This document shows, piece by piece, positions 19,205 to 29,617 of a stretch of 64,000 bases of DNA. Under the pieces are notes generated by a model that worked only from the letters and a program-made list of their open reading frames with translations, was not told the DNA's origin and did not search any database. Position numbers and translations under genes: made by a program. This stretch comes from Candidatus Latescibacterota bacterium (GTDB lineage: Bacteria > Latescibacterota > UBA2968 > GCA-2709665), in the NCBI GenBank assembly GCA_965208835.1, contig OZ242358.1:3264001-3328000 (forward strand). The letters run 5' to 3'. Numbering within the stretch: the stretch's first letter is position 1; the number at the start of each line of letters is the position of its first letter.

Positions 19205-20005
19205 TCATGCAGCCATGAATCTCGCAAACGTACATCCTTTCGGATGGCAATAATTGTACCTGAAGTACGACTTGAAACCGATCTTCCGGTAGACCGGCTC
19301 ACCCATCACGGACGCCTGCAGGACGGCAATCCTGTACCCCATCTGACGGGCGTCCTCCATTGGCGCAAGCGTCATCGCGGTTCCGATTCCCCGCCTCCGA
19401 TGTTCCGGGAAAACCTCCACCTGATACAGCCCGGCAACGCCCGAAGAGAGAAACATCATCGAAGTACCGATCGCTTCGCCGTCGATCTTCCCCAGATAGA
19501 GCCTCACTTCCGGCGATTCCATGAGAACTTTGAACATATCGAATTCGAACAGAGGAAAAAATGACAGCCATTCGCGGAGCCCTTCGTCATCGCCTACACG
19601 TTCTATTCTGAGGTCGACCGGGCATGGACGCTCCTCACCCGCCCCATCCAATCGGATCGCCATCCCAGGCGGATCGTGGTCCATCGCCACGAACCCGTTG
19701 CTCACCAGATGCGTCCTCAGGTCCTTCGGCTCTGATTCCGGACCGAATTTCAGGAGTGGTGGTAGCCTCCTCTGCTCTATACCGGCACGGATCTCATGGA
19801 TTCCGCTTTCCAGGTTCTCTTCCCTGAACCGCGGTTCGACCAGATAGTTCGGCCACCACGGCTTACCGATAACGCCGGTGAAATCTTTCTCCCGCAATAT
19901 GGTCTTACCACCCCTTTCCGCGGCGAAGAGGAAAAGATCGATGTTGTTCCGCTCAATCGCCGTTGTGACGGCAGGGTCCGAATGGTCTTCCAAGACAGAA
20001 AACAT
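19205..20005 (-). CDS. GNAT acetyltransferase
   Basis: VFPEHRRRGIGTAM and LQASVMGEPVYRKIGF. Confidence 0.88.
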   Translation of the reverse strand: MFSVLEDHSDPAVTTAIERNNIDLFLFAAERGGKTILREKDFTGVIGKPWWPNYLVEPRFREENLESGIHEIRAGIEQRRLPPLLKFGPESEPKDLRTHLVSNGFVAMDHDPPGMAIRLDGAGEERPCPVDLRIERVGDDEGLREWLSFFPLFEFDMFKVLMESPEVRLYLGKIDGEAIGTSMMFLSSGVAGLYQVEVFPEHRRRGIGTAMTLAPMEDARQMGYRIAVLQASVMGEPVYRKIGFKSYFRYNYCHPKGCTFARFMAA

Positions 20006-20015
20006 CTACAGGTCC

Positions 20016-20609
20016 TCAGCGTTTGATTTCGCCGCGGAGTTTCGACAGCAAAGCCCTGTCGACGTCGGGAAACGTACACAAATCTGATAGCAAGGTCTCG
20101 ACATTCTCAACGGAATAATCCAGCCCCGCCCGACCCAGTTTCTCGCAGGCGCTGAACATGTAGTGATTGGCATCGTCCTCGCCCCGCCTGGCTCGCTTTA
20201 CCGCCCATACGACGTTCCAGAACGCGGACGTGGCGACAGACCAGTCCGGGAACGGCGAAGGCCATTTCTGAGAAGCCTCCAGGTCAGACTTGATATACAG
20301 ATCTATCCTCCAGAATACAGGATAGTCGTGAAAATTGACCCGGACGTTCTGCGCCATCCGGTCGTTTTTCTGCTGAGGATCGTACCGCAATGAGAACGCG
20401 CCGAAACGTCCTTCCAGGCACGCCGCTAGAGAATCGAAAAACCCCTGCGTGAGCTCAACCTGAACGCTGGCTTCGAGATCCACGTCGCTGTATTGGTCGA
20501 CCTTCCCCGAGGCGAATGAACCGAAGAAGTTGACCGTTCCAGGAGAAAAATGCCTCCGAAGGACCTCTACGACTTCATTTCCGAATTGATGTATGGTCAT
20601 CTCGTACAC
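20016..20609 (-). CDS. Nucleotidyltransferase domain protein (Pol-beta superfamily)
   Basis: FGSFASGKVDQYSDVDL (GS..DxD) motif. Confidence 0.8.
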   Translation of the reverse strand: MYEMTIHQFGNEVVEVLRRHFSPGTVNFFGSFASGKVDQYSDVDLEASVQVELTQGFFDSLAACLEGRFGAFSLRYDPQQKNDRMAQNVRVNFHDYPVFWRIDLYIKSDLEASQKWPSPFPDWSVATSAFWNVVWAVKRARRGEDDANHYMFSACEKLGRAGLDYSVENVETLLSDLCTFPDVDRALLSKLRGEIKR

Positions 20610-20625
20610 GCATGTGTGGGATCGT

Positions 20626-21054
20626 TCAATCGATCCTTATTTCCGAACCTACTGTCAAAAGACTATCCATGTCTTCTTTCAAATGAGATGAGCCAAATTC
20701 GGGATTTCCGGGACTCAGAATATAGCAAGCAGACGTGACGTCCATGTTTTCGTGCATCGGAAAGACATGTGCGTGGGCGTGGGGCACGTCACTTCCAGCG
20801 TAGAGAAAAGCAACGCGTTCAACCCGATAGATTGCTTTCATTTTCCTTGCGAGTCTTTGACCAAGTTCCATTATTCTCGCTGCGAGGCCAGCAGGAACAT
20901 CGTCGAAGTACTCGAAGTGACGTCGTGGAATGATAAGGCAATGGCCTCTCCGTATGGGCCTGTTGCCAAGAAACGCTACGATATGGGAGTCCTCCCACAC
21001 GATCACCGCGTTCGCGTTTCCGGAGGCTATTTCGCAAAATGGACAAGCTCTCAC
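20626..21054 (-). CDS. HIT family protein
   Basis: CPFC and HAHAHVFP histidine triad. Confidence 0.88.
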   Translation of the reverse strand: MRACPFCEIASGNANAVIVWEDSHIVAFLGNRPIRRGHCLIIPRRHFEYFDDVPAGLAARIMELGQRLARKMKAIYRVERVAFLYAGSDVPHAHAHVFPMHENMDVTSACYILSPGNPEFGSSHLKEDMDSLLTVGSEIRID

Positions 21055-21213
21055 GTGGTCCTCGATTTCGCAGTTTCCTCGCGATGGAGGCTGGGCGGTT
21101 CCGACTCCTCTTGTCTGTCTCTGAGTGTTAAACGTTTGATAGTGATGTATATAGACATGGAAGTGTAATGGTGACACTGGAACGGCAATCGACAATTTTC
21201 GCTCTGGAAGGTT

Positions 21214-21627
21214 TCAAAGCCGTTGCTGTCGCTTGAGTTCAGGTAGAATGTAATTTCGCAAGATAGGGTTCAATTGATACTTGCCGGATTCAAGATCGGC
21301 CATAGACGCCCAGGCAATCTCGAGTACCTCGTCCTGGTCCGGAATCGGTTATCCATCAATGCCTGCCACATAAGCTCGAACTCTAACCGTGTGCCTCTCC
21401 TCGGTTTCCGGCAGGCAGACAATTCGCTCGTACTCGCCGAAGAATTCGGGATCCGTCGGCGCAATGCTGAGCTCTTCCTTGAGTTCTCTACGCAATGCAT
21501 CCAGGTCCGACTCTCCGCTCTCGAGCTTTCCGCCGGGCAGAAGGAAATCATGGACACTATCGCACTTCACGAGCAGGAGGCCATCACGTGTGATCAGAAT
21601 TCCTGAGATGCGGACGACAGTCTTCAT
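21214..21627 (-). pseudogene. NUDIX hydrolase interrupted by an in-frame TAA at 21349-21351
   Basis: Nudix box GGKLESGESDLDALRRELKEE. The frame continues past the stop as PIPDQDEVLEIAW...LKRQQRL. Confidence 0.75.
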
Positions 21628-21717
21628 TCTTCCCTTTCGTACATCGTCAGTATCGAAACCTGGTGAGCGGTCCGGTTCTGCGCGTATTCACCGGTGGGAG
21701 ATTGCGAAGTCGTTTCG

Positions 21718-22503
21718 TTACTGACGTTTCAGGAGGAATATCATCTCGGGCATGTCCGGCCCGATTGGTTTCCGGTCAAAAGAACCGAATTCTCCCACGC
21801 TCTCGAGACCGGCCGCGAAGATTAGCGCTTTGAGATGTGGATAGGTATAGACGCTCATTTTGAAGTTCTCGGCTTCCTCCGACAGTACATGGTCGCCATC
21901 GCAGAGCCGGAAGATAAACCTGCCCGACAAAACCAGATTGACCGGGTCGTACCCGTCCTTCACGAAATACCGCCGAATGGTCCCGCCGGTGCCGTCCTGC
22001 GCGGGCCATTCCAGTTCCAGATGTTCTTCGCCATCGCCGGAAAGCAGCTTGTCGAACCGGGGATTGAACACATCCAACGCGAGAATTCCCCCATCCGTCA
22101 GGTGTCTCCCGGCATTCCTCAAGGCCGCCAGTTGGTCTTCTGCGGTGTACATATGCTGCAAGGGTCTGAACGGAATCACTACCAGGGGAAATACATCAGC
22201 CAATTGAAGGTTTCTGAAATCTCCCTCAATGACCCGTACCCGGGGTTGTACGTCCGCAGGTTCCTTCGCGAGCTTTGCCCGCAAGACCGCCAGCATCGAA
22301 CCAGAAGCATCAACGCCCGTGACATCAAGTCCCTGCCGGGCAAACGGTAGGGTAATCCTGCCGGTTCCGCAGCCGAGTTCGAGGATCGGCCCGCCATACT
22401 CACCGGCCAGATCGAGATAGAAGCCCCTGTCGACCAGGTCCTCCTTGACATTGTATGCGGCATCGTAATGCTTCGCTGCCAAGCGGTAGGAGTCTTCAGT
22501 CAT
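21718..22503 (-). CDS. Class I SAM-dependent methyltransferase
   Basis: ILELGCGTGR motif I. Confidence 0.9.
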   Translation of the reverse strand: MTEDSYRLAAKHYDAAYNVKEDLVDRGFYLDLAGEYGGPILELGCGTGRITLPFARQGLDVTGVDASGSMLAVLRAKLAKEPADVQPRVRVIEGDFRNLQLADVFPLVVIPFRPLQHMYTAEDQLAALRNAGRHLTDGGILALDVFNPRFDKLLSGDGEEHLELEWPAQDGTGGTIRRYFVKDGYDPVNLVLSGRFIFRLCDGDHVLSEEAENFKMSVYTYPHLKALIFAAGLESVGEFGSFDRKPIGPDMPEMIFLLKRQ

Positions 22504-22907
22504 CGTGGCTGAACTCCACCAACTCTCGCTATAATCGATCGCAATTCGGGCTCCGAAAACCGATTTGACTTCAACACTTTGCCGTCATTCCTGAATATGG
22601 GCTTACCCTGCTCATCCAGCTTGCTCATGTTGCTCCGGTGGACCTCATCGAAGAGCTCTTCGGCAATGTCCTGCAGTCCGTGGGCGATAAACGTACCCAG
22701 AAGCACGTAAAGCAGGTCGGTAAGGGCGTCCGCGACCTCGACGATGTCATTGTCACGCACGGCCGCTCGATATTCCTCTAACTCCTCCAATAACATTCGG
22801 ATACGCCATTCGCTTATGTCCGAAGGCAGCTCCGCAACAGGTGTTCGCTCCAGGTGGCACTGGAACACCTCATGAAAGTGCCTCACACAATCGAGTTGAC
22901 CTTTCAT
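22500..22907 (-). CDS. MazG-like NTP pyrophosphohydrolase
   Basis: LEELEEY, EVADALTDLLYV and EVHRSNMSK. Confidence 0.88.
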   Translation of the reverse strand: MKGQLDCVRHFHEVFQCHLERTPVAELPSDISEWRIRMLLEELEEYRAAVRDNDIVEVADALTDLLYVLLGTFIAHGLQDIAEELFDEVHRSNMSKLDEQGKPIFRNDGKVLKSNRFSEPELRSIIARVGGVQPR

Positions 22908-23052
22908 CTGACATCTCCTGGTAACCCGCCCAATACCCTTGCTGGCAGTCCATTGGAGTTGGCTCGTCATTGTTCCCGCGACCCTTCACCAAACTGCCGG
23001 TTTGCTGTACCTGAACTTGCACCTTTCGACCAGATTCGCTGCTCCTCGTCCT

Positions 23053-23077
23053 GTAGGGGTGCCCCGTGTGGGCGCCC
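23053..23077. repeat. GTAG-type REP palindrome
   Basis: GTAGGGGTGCCCCGTGTGGGCGCCC. Related copies at 24424-24448 and, inverted, at 47841-47865. Confidence 0.65.
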
Positions 23078-23171
23078 GGCGTTTCGCTTCGTCAATTACT
23101 GCCTCTGACCGTGCTTTCTTAACGGATCGCCTCCGGCCCAATTGCGAACGGCATGTAATTCTACTTATCGC

Positions 23172-23987
23172 CTAATCGTGCCCGGCAAGCAGCCTCTCCC
23201 TCAGTCCGACTGCCGTCCGGTACGCATCATCGAGAAACTCAGCGGGTGGTTGCGCAGGGTCATGGGGAACCGCCTCAATCATTACCGGGCCCGGATGCGA
23301 CGTGGGATACGCACTGGAAACAGTATCCCAATCTACGATTCCCTTCATGGGAAGCCAGTGAACGTCGGTCCGGCCGTCGGTGTCCGAGAAGTGCGTCGTA
23401 AGGAGACGATGCGCCCACTTGCCAAGCACAACGCCGGGCGTATCGGAATACAGGGTGTCGTGCGAACTGTCGTAGCACAGGCCCAAGCTCTCAAGAGGAA
23501 ACTCATTCAGAATGAAGTCCACACGACTGGTAACCCTTGTATTCTCGAGCGCCAACCTGATCCCGCTTCTTGCCGCCTCCTCTCCCAACCTTCGAAATAT
23601 CTCCAGGCCCTCCGCGCGAGGCCGAGGCGGTATCGGCCCCTTCGTGACGTGCAGCACGATGCAGGAAATGGAATGCCGGCTGCAGTACTCGATCAGCTCA
23701 AGGTTCTCATCGACCAACGTGTCGCGTTCGGAGGGACTGTCGGACCAGAATGTATTCGCCTTGTCGTATGGCGCATGGACGTGATCAATGGCGAGTCCGG
23801 CATCTGCAGTCATTGCGGGCATTTCGTGAGCACGTCCGGATTCAACCATGGGTTCCTGATTTCCCATCCACAGAAACGTGTGGCTGAAACCACTCTTCCT
23901 GATCAGCCTCAGACGTTCGGGGAGCGGCAGATCGTAGCCGAACCAGGAGAATGTACCAAGAGGCGGCGCCGTTTCAGACGAAGTCAT
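23172..23987 (-). CDS. Sugar phosphate isomerase/epimerase (xylose isomerase-like TIM barrel)
   Basis: LALEN, CYDSSH, HFSDT..DVHWLP and MIEA. Confidence 0.85.
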   Translation of the reverse strand: MTSSETAPPLGTFSWFGYDLPLPERLRLIRKSGFSHTFLWMGNQEPMVESGRAHEMPAMTADAGLAIDHVHAPYDKANTFWSDSPSERDTLVDENLELIEYCSRHSISCIVLHVTKGPIPPRPRAEGLEIFRRLGEEAARSGIRLALENTRVTSRVDFILNEFPLESLGLCYDSSHDTLYSDTPGVVLGKWAHRLLTTHFSDTDGRTDVHWLPMKGIVDWDTVSSAYPTSHPGPVMIEAVPHDPAQPPAEFLDDAYRTAVGLRERLLAGHD

Positions 23988-24005
23988 GGGTTGCTCTTCT
24001 CCACC

Positions 24006-24377
24006 TCAAGCGGCCGCAGTCCGCGCCGTCTGCCGGAACAAACAGGCCGACACGACCCATAAAGCGATGAAGAGCCCGTTCAGGAGCAACAGATCCAGCG
24101 GACCGCTGGCTGGAGAGCCCAACTTTCCGATTATCGCCACCAGGGTCACGAACACCTGGCCGAGCGCCGTGGCGAACAGCGCGAGTGACATGCCGCGCGG
24201 CTGGAATCGCGCGATGACGGCGCCGACGATTCCTATCGCGAGCACCCCGAAATACATCAGGTTTGCGTGGTTGTTCTCCGATCCGATCACGCCCACCGCG
24301 CCGTTTACCCAGAGGAGGACAAGCGCGGTCACAAGCGCAACTCCGACTGCAGATCGGTAGGAATTACGTATCTTCAT
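24006..24377 (-). CDS. Small integral membrane protein
   Basis: Four hydrophobic segments. AAGGAG RBS. Confidence 0.75.
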   Translation of the reverse strand: MKIRNSYRSAVGVALVTALVLLWVNGAVGVIGSENNHANLMYFGVLAIGIVGAVIARFQPRGMSLALFATALGQVFVTLVAIIGKLGSPASGPLDLLLLNGLFIALWVVSACLFRQTARTAAA

Positions 24378-24466
24378 TGCTGCTCCTTTCGTCCCGGCGT
24401 GGTTGTTTGGACATCCTTGACAGGCAGGAGCGCCCCTTTTGTGCGCCCGCCTTCCACAATGACAAA

Positions 24467-25441
24467 TCAGCCGTCCGCAAATGACGTTAACACGGCGTCC
24501 CAGGCCAGTTCGGAAGCCATGAATCCTATATCAAGCTCATCCAGCGTTTTTGTCGCAACTTCGTTTGTGGTAACGGCATACAGGATATCACCGTCATATT
24601 GGGTGTGGAAGGGCTGAATGGCCTGCGACATGGAGCTATGGACCTGTTTAGCCAATTGATGGAGAGATCCCGCGTCCAACTTGCGGTTGGTAACCACCAG
24701 TGTCAGGGTCGTGTTTTCGCGAGAAGGGTTGCGCCGTGTCGACTCACCGGACCGACGATGGACCCGATCTCGAATGTGAAGCCGGTTTCCTGTACCTGGA
24801 TCCCGATTCCCTCGAACGACCTGCCCTTTACGATTGACAATCGCGCCGAGCGCATTCACAACGGTGAATACAGCAATCCTGGTACGACCGATCTGTCGAT
24901 AGGCGGCGCCCTGTCCGGATGAATCTCGAACACCCAGCCCGGATCCGCCGCCAACGTTAGCCGAACGACCGGCGCCCCGTGCGCCGAGAGGAAAGACGCC
25001 TGCGCGGGCTGCTCTCAAAGCGGCCCTGCCCAATTGCGTATCCGGATAGATGGCGTTATTCCTGCCTCGCCAATCCCAGATTATGGCGCCGGATACGAGT
25101 GGAATATTCTCCCAGTTTATGGAATAATTCTGCATTGAGAGAAGCTCAGCGCGTACACCAAGCGCTGCTTCAAGACCGAAAAGTGAGCCGCCGGCAAAGC
25201 AAATGGCGTGATACCAGCCATAGCCGGTCTCACTGGCGCCAACGCTACCCCCTCGAATATCGACAGCCGTGGAGATTCCCTTTGGGAAATGGAAGACGGT
25301 GCAACCGGTTGGACCTTCTTCATACTCGGCGATACCGACCGTCATATCCGGAAAGTTGAATTCGAGGGTTGGACCGTCAAATACAGTCCGAGGCCTCAAT
25401 TGTACGCTATCGTGCGAGATCAGTTTTCTTCGCCTGGCCAT
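24467..25441 (-). CDS. P1/DmpA-family Ntn hydrolase, NylC-like
   Basis: GPTGCTVF, GGSLFGLEA, NTT autocleavage site and KQVHSSMSQAIQPFHTQYDGD. Confidence 0.85.
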   Translation of the reverse strand: MARRRKLISHDSVQLRPRTVFDGPTLEFNFPDMTVGIAEYEEGPTGCTVFHFPKGISTAVDIRGGSVGASETGYGWYHAICFAGGSLFGLEAALGVRAELLSMQNYSINWENIPLVSGAIIWDWRGRNNAIYPDTQLGRAALRAARAGVFPLGARGAGRSANVGGGSGLGVRDSSGQGAAYRQIGRTRIAVFTVVNALGAIVNRKGQVVRGNRDPGTGNRLHIRDRVHRRSGESTRRNPSRENTTLTLVVTNRKLDAGSLHQLAKQVHSSMSQAIQPFHTQYDGDILYAVTTNEVATKTLDELDIGFMASELAWDAVLTSFADG

Positions 25442-25498
25442 AGCGCTTGCCTGTCTGGATGGAGATTTCGTCGGAAGTCAAGAGGCCATCCTGGAAAT

Positions 25499-26191
25499 TC
25501 AGTTTGACTCGGCGATCGAATCTATCGCGGAGGGCAGGTCTGCCAGTCTGGCGATTGTCGCATCGGGGACTTCATCCGGTACTCGAGATTCCAGGACCGC
25601 ATATCTCCCCTGCCGGAACCAGATGGTCCGGATGCCAAGCCTTTTCGCCGGAATGATATCGTTGTCGAGGCGATCACCGATCATGATCGCCTGGGAAGGC
25701 GAAAATCCAGCCCTGTCGAGTATTGTCCGGAAGAAACGCTCATCGGGCTTCTTGATCCCGATACTTCCCGACACTTCCCTGTGGCGAAACCAGCGCAGCA
25801 CGCCGAGATCGTCGAGCACGTCCGTAATACTCGCGGGCGCATTGCCGGCCAGGGCTAGAGTGTATTCCTCGGCCAACTGCTGCAGCATTTCAGCGGCTCC
25901 GGGATATAGTCGAAACCCGAGAGACCGAATTTCCGCATAGTGCGATCGCACCCGCTTCGTGATCTCATCGAAGAGACACACGTCAGGTCCGGCAAAATGC
26001 CAGGTGATGGCGTGCATGGCGCTTGGTACGAACTGCCGCAATTTCTCGCCGTCCAACCGCCTGTATTCGTCGACAGACAACTCGAAGCCGAAGCTTCCGA
26101 GCGCGGTTCGGTGCACTTCCATCAAGGCATCCTGTTGACCGGCGGCGTCGAGAATCGTCTCCCCGACGTCAAACAGCAACACGGTATTCAT
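25499..26191 (-). CDS. HAD family hydrolase
   Basis: FDVGET, KKPD and IGDRLDND. Confidence 0.88.
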   Translation of the reverse strand: MNTVLLFDVGETILDAAGQQDALMEVHRTALGSFGFELSVDEYRRLDGEKLRQFVPSAMHAITWHFAGPDVCLFDEITKRVRSHYAEIRSLGFRLYPGAAEMLQQLAEEYTLALAGNAPASITDVLDDLGVLRWFRHREVSGSIGIKKPDERFFRTILDRAGFSPSQAIMIGDRLDNDIIPAKRLGIRTIWFRQGRYAVLESRVPDEVPDATIARLADLPSAIDSIAESN

Positions 26192-26261
26192 CGCATTCTC
26201 ACGCAGGATCATCGGAAACGCTGTACTGCGTTGAAACATTCGACGGTTGGCAACTTCGATC

Positions 26262-27332
26262 TCAGAGCCTTGCCGTCGTCTCCTTCAACGTCCGAAGCAG
26301 CCTTCGCATTTCGGACTCGTACGATCCACCTTCGTTTCCGATGGGCTTTCGCGCAGTCATCGTCCAGATGAGTTCCTGCAGGGTGTAAAGGATGTGTAAG
26401 GCCTCCCACGACGGTCCGTCAAGTCCCCGTGCGTGCATGTACTTCCGCCAGATTGCTTCTCTAAACTTTCCGAATGTTTCCCGGTACCGCCAGATCTCTG
26501 CGCCCCATTCTCCGAAGTTGAACTCGAGGGCGGGATTCCCGACACCTGCGTTTCCCCAATCCAGGATCCCGGTTACTTCCAGGTCCCGTTCCGACCGGAC
26601 CAGGATCTGGTCTTCGTGGATATCGCCGTGAAGCAGCACGTCGTCCATCATGGACAACTCTGACAACGCCCGACGCCATTTGCCTGTTGTCGACACGGAG
26701 TTCAACTCGCTGAAATCCTCCGTGCCGCCTCCTGCAGCCAATTCGCGGACCGATGAAGCGATCAAACCTGGCAATTCGCCCAACGAACCCGATCGCAGTG
26801 CCCCATACATCCATCGATACGAGTCGCCGTGATCGCCGTCCATATCCTGAGACAGTGGTTTCAGGAAATCAGTTTCATGACCCAACTCAAGGTTGTGCCA
26901 GATCGCCGTAAGCCGTCCGATCGTGCGAAGCACTTCCTCATAGTCACTTGAGCCTAGCCAGTGTTCGATGTTTCCCAGCAGGATCCCCTGCAGTCGTGTG
27001 ACAACGCCGAACCGGTACGGGCTCAGTTCGCGGTTCTCGACCGCCCTTACGAGCCTGGGTACGGGCAATTGATCCAGCTCGCTGAAGAGCCTGTATAGGT
27101 CCAACTCGACATTCAGAGAACATTGGTACTTTGGATGCCTTGGAAACAGAAAGACACGATCCGGAGACTTGATAATGTGCTTGGACCATCCGGTGAAGTC
27201 GGGTTCGAGCTCTCCAAGTGTCAGCCCGAACTCGTCACAGAAACGATCGAGGTGAGGCCCAACCAGGATGGCTTCGAGTGCGTTGGAGTCTTCCGCCGTC
27301 GAGTTATCCGGATCCGCGTGCTCTAACGACAT
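26262..27332 (-). CDS. Aminoglycoside phosphotransferase-like kinase
   Basis: LLHGDIHEDQILV and ILDWG. Confidence 0.8.
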   Translation of the reverse strand: MSLEHADPDNSTAEDSNALEAILVGPHLDRFCDEFGLTLGELEPDFTGWSKHIIKSPDRVFLFPRHPKYQCSLNVELDLYRLFSELDQLPVPRLVRAVENRELSPYRFGVVTRLQGILLGNIEHWLGSSDYEEVLRTIGRLTAIWHNLELGHETDFLKPLSQDMDGDHGDSYRWMYGALRSGSLGELPGLIASSVRELAAGGGTEDFSELNSVSTTGKWRRALSELSMMDDVLLHGDIHEDQILVRSERDLEVTGILDWGNAGVGNPALEFNFGEWGAEIWRYRETFGKFREAIWRKYMHARGLDGPSWEALHILYTLQELIWTMTARKPIGNEGGSYESEMRRLLRTLKETTARL

Positions 27333-27384
27333 TCGGCTGCTCGGGAAGCGGGTGTGAAGGTGGGACGGACATTCCAGGCGTGCA

Positions 27385-28719
27385 TTATCGGTTTTCCGGC
27401 ACCGGATCTCCCGCGCTGCTGGCCTTCGCCAGACTGGCGCAGACCAGTTCCTCGTCGTTTCGGGCGAACACGTGTTTGTAGGCGAACGCGGGATGTGCCC
27501 ACGTGACGCCACCGCGACGGTTCAACTGGTCGCGCGTGGGTTCGATCAGTTTTGCACGGCTGATGATATTCACCCCTTCGGGAGACAACGTGGTAATCAG
27601 GAGTTCGCCACGCTCATTGAACATCCAGACCCTGTCTGCGTTCCGGACAAAATGGATGTTGCTCCAACGGGCTTTGGGTACCGCCGTGAGGTCTTCCCAG
27701 ATGCGATCACCGTTGCGGGCGTCGAGACATCGGAGTTCCCCGTAGCTGTCCACGCCATAAATGAAATTGCCAATGCGGACCGGGGTCGACATTGTCGAAT
27801 GGAGCGCGTCCGTGTTTCTTTCGTTCTCTCCCCTGCGGTGCCAGCTGAGTTGCATCGACGGTTCGTCCGGATTCAGTTTCAGCAGCAGCGATCCGTCAAA
27901 GAAGTCAGTAAAAAACACCTCGTTCCGATAGAAAACCGGACTTGCGATTCCGATCTCCATGCGATTCGGCGGGAAGGGATGGCGCCAATATACGCCGCCC
28001 GTTTGCGGGTCGAGACCGGCGATGCTCTCAGCCGTCCTGCTGACCAGCACCCGCTGACTGCCCTGGGTAATCACGATCGGCGCCGAGTATGACGCCTTGT
28101 CGTCAAGGGCCTTCCATCTCTCAGCTCCAGTCTGCAAATCGAACGCGACGAGGCACGCTCCCGGCGTACCGCCGATCTGGACGATCACGTTCGCGCCTTC
28201 GACGACGGGCGCGCTTGCGATTCCCCACGTTGGCATCGCGATATTGTATTCGGCGTTCAGATCTCTTCTCCATTTCAGTTCGCCCGTGGCGGCATCGAAG
28301 CAGTGGAGATGCCCCATCGCCCCGAGGGCGTAAGCGAGACCGTTATGCACGGTAACCGTCGCGCGGGGACCTGCGACATAGTCTATTCTGTACTCGCAGT
28401 CGTACGTGTAAGACCATAGCAGCTCTCCCGTTTCCCACGCGAAACATTGGACCCTTTCGACCTGCTTCGGTTTCGCAAGCCTGTCTGTTACGTAGACCCG
28501 CCCGCCGGCGACGACCGGGCCGCTGTAGCCGCTGCCGATCGGCACCCGCCATCGGATCGGGATCTCCGGGCCGTAAAATTCTTCAAGTATCCCGGTCTCA
28601 TGCCATACACCGTCCCGGTTCGGCCCGCGCCACTGAGGCCACTCGTCGGCCGAAACCGAGGAGATTGGGATCAGCACGACGAGCAACATCAAAGCGATGA
28701 TCGATTGGATTCGATACAT
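27385..28719 (-). CDS. Secreted PQQ-binding-like beta-propeller protein
   Basis: Signal peptide, DEWPQWRGPNRDG, and repeated D-x-x-TG-x-x-x-W. Confidence 0.9.
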   Translation of the reverse strand: MYRIQSIIALMLLVVLIPISSVSADEWPQWRGPNRDGVWHETGILEEFYGPEIPIRWRVPIGSGYSGPVVAGGRVYVTDRLAKPKQVERVQCFAWETGELLWSYTYDCEYRIDYVAGPRATVTVHNGLAYALGAMGHLHCFDAATGELKWRRDLNAEYNIAMPTWGIASAPVVEGANVIVQIGGTPGACLVAFDLQTGAERWKALDDKASYSAPIVITQGSQRVLVSRTAESIAGLDPQTGGVYWRHPFPPNRMEIGIASPVFYRNEVFFTDFFDGSLLLKLNPDEPSMQLSWHRRGENERNTDALHSTMSTPVRIGNFIYGVDSYGELRCLDARNGDRIWEDLTAVPKARWSNIHFVRNADRVWMFNERGELLITTLSPEGVNIISRAKLIEPTRDQLNRRGGVTWAHPAFAYKHVFARNDEELVCASLAKASSAGDPVPENR

Positions 28720-28936
28720 GGTTAATCCTGTCCTTTCGTTTGTCGCAGGGAATCCAGTCAGCGACGCGAAGTATTGAGCTATGTGAGCAGACAGGAATGT
28801 CCGCTCCACCCTTTCAAACCCTGGAACCGGGTATCGCTTTGGCGCATAAGGCATTCGAGTCTATACGCCGGTATATTGTATCCGGCGCAGCAGTTAGATA
28901 TTTCAGCTTCGGACCTCTACTTCTCCATGTCGCGCT

Positions 28937-29413
28937 CTATTCCAGCCTCGTACCCAGCCACGTCCGCATGCGCTCGGCATAGGGTCTGCGCTCGTCAGGT
29001 GTCGTGGAAATGCGGCGTTTGCGATATAGCCCGTCTCCTTGCCACCGCGGGAAAACGTGCAGGTGATAGTGCCAGACATCCTGGTTTCCTGCAGGCTCAT
29101 TGTGCTGGCGCGACGAAACGCCGTCGCAGTCATAGAGCTCTTTGAAACCGATGGAGACCTCTCTGGCGACCCCCTGAATTCTGGCCAGCAGGCGGGTCGG
29201 CATCGTGTAGATGTTTTCAATGTGTTCATTCGGAATGACGAGAACATGACCATGATTACCGGGCCACCAGTGGGAAGAGATGAAAGCCGTCACGTCACCG
29301 TCACGAAACACGACGTCCTGCTGTCTTGTCGCAACGTGTTCATTCTCTATTCCCTTCACGACAAGACAGAACGGACAAATGTACCCGTCGGGAGCATGCG
29401 TGTACGTTTGCAT
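28937..29413 (-). CDS. HIT family protein
   Basis: CPFC, GHVLVIP and QDVWHYHLHVFPR. Confidence 0.9.
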   Translation of the reverse strand: MQTYTHAPDGYICPFCLVVKGIENEHVATRQQDVVFRDGDVTAFISSHWWPGNHGHVLVIPNEHIENIYTMPTRLLARIQGVAREVSIGFKELYDCDGVSSRQHNEPAGNQDVWHYHLHVFPRWQGDGLYRKRRISTTPDERRPYAERMRTWLGTRLE

Positions 29414-29617
29414 TGGATGGACCCTAGTGATCCGTACAGTCGGCCCACTTCTTGAAAACCAGAAGAATGTGGCTGCACATGCCCATGAGAGAACGGTCCC
29501 TGTCCGTTCGACGCCTCGCGAGAAAGGAGCGCTCAAAGTCGTGCTGTTGTATTCAATGCTAATCTGCCAGGCGCTTTCGGACCCCGCCTGGCGAACGCGC
29601 GAGTCCCGGAGTTGCTC

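Noticed and set aside
23142-24062. Long plus-strand ORFs antisense to real genes (e.g. 7410-8192, 23142-24062, 44481-45296, 57031-57999, 62484-63323)
   Set aside because: They are shadow ORFs expected at high GC, have no motifs, and overlap well-supported minus-strand genes.
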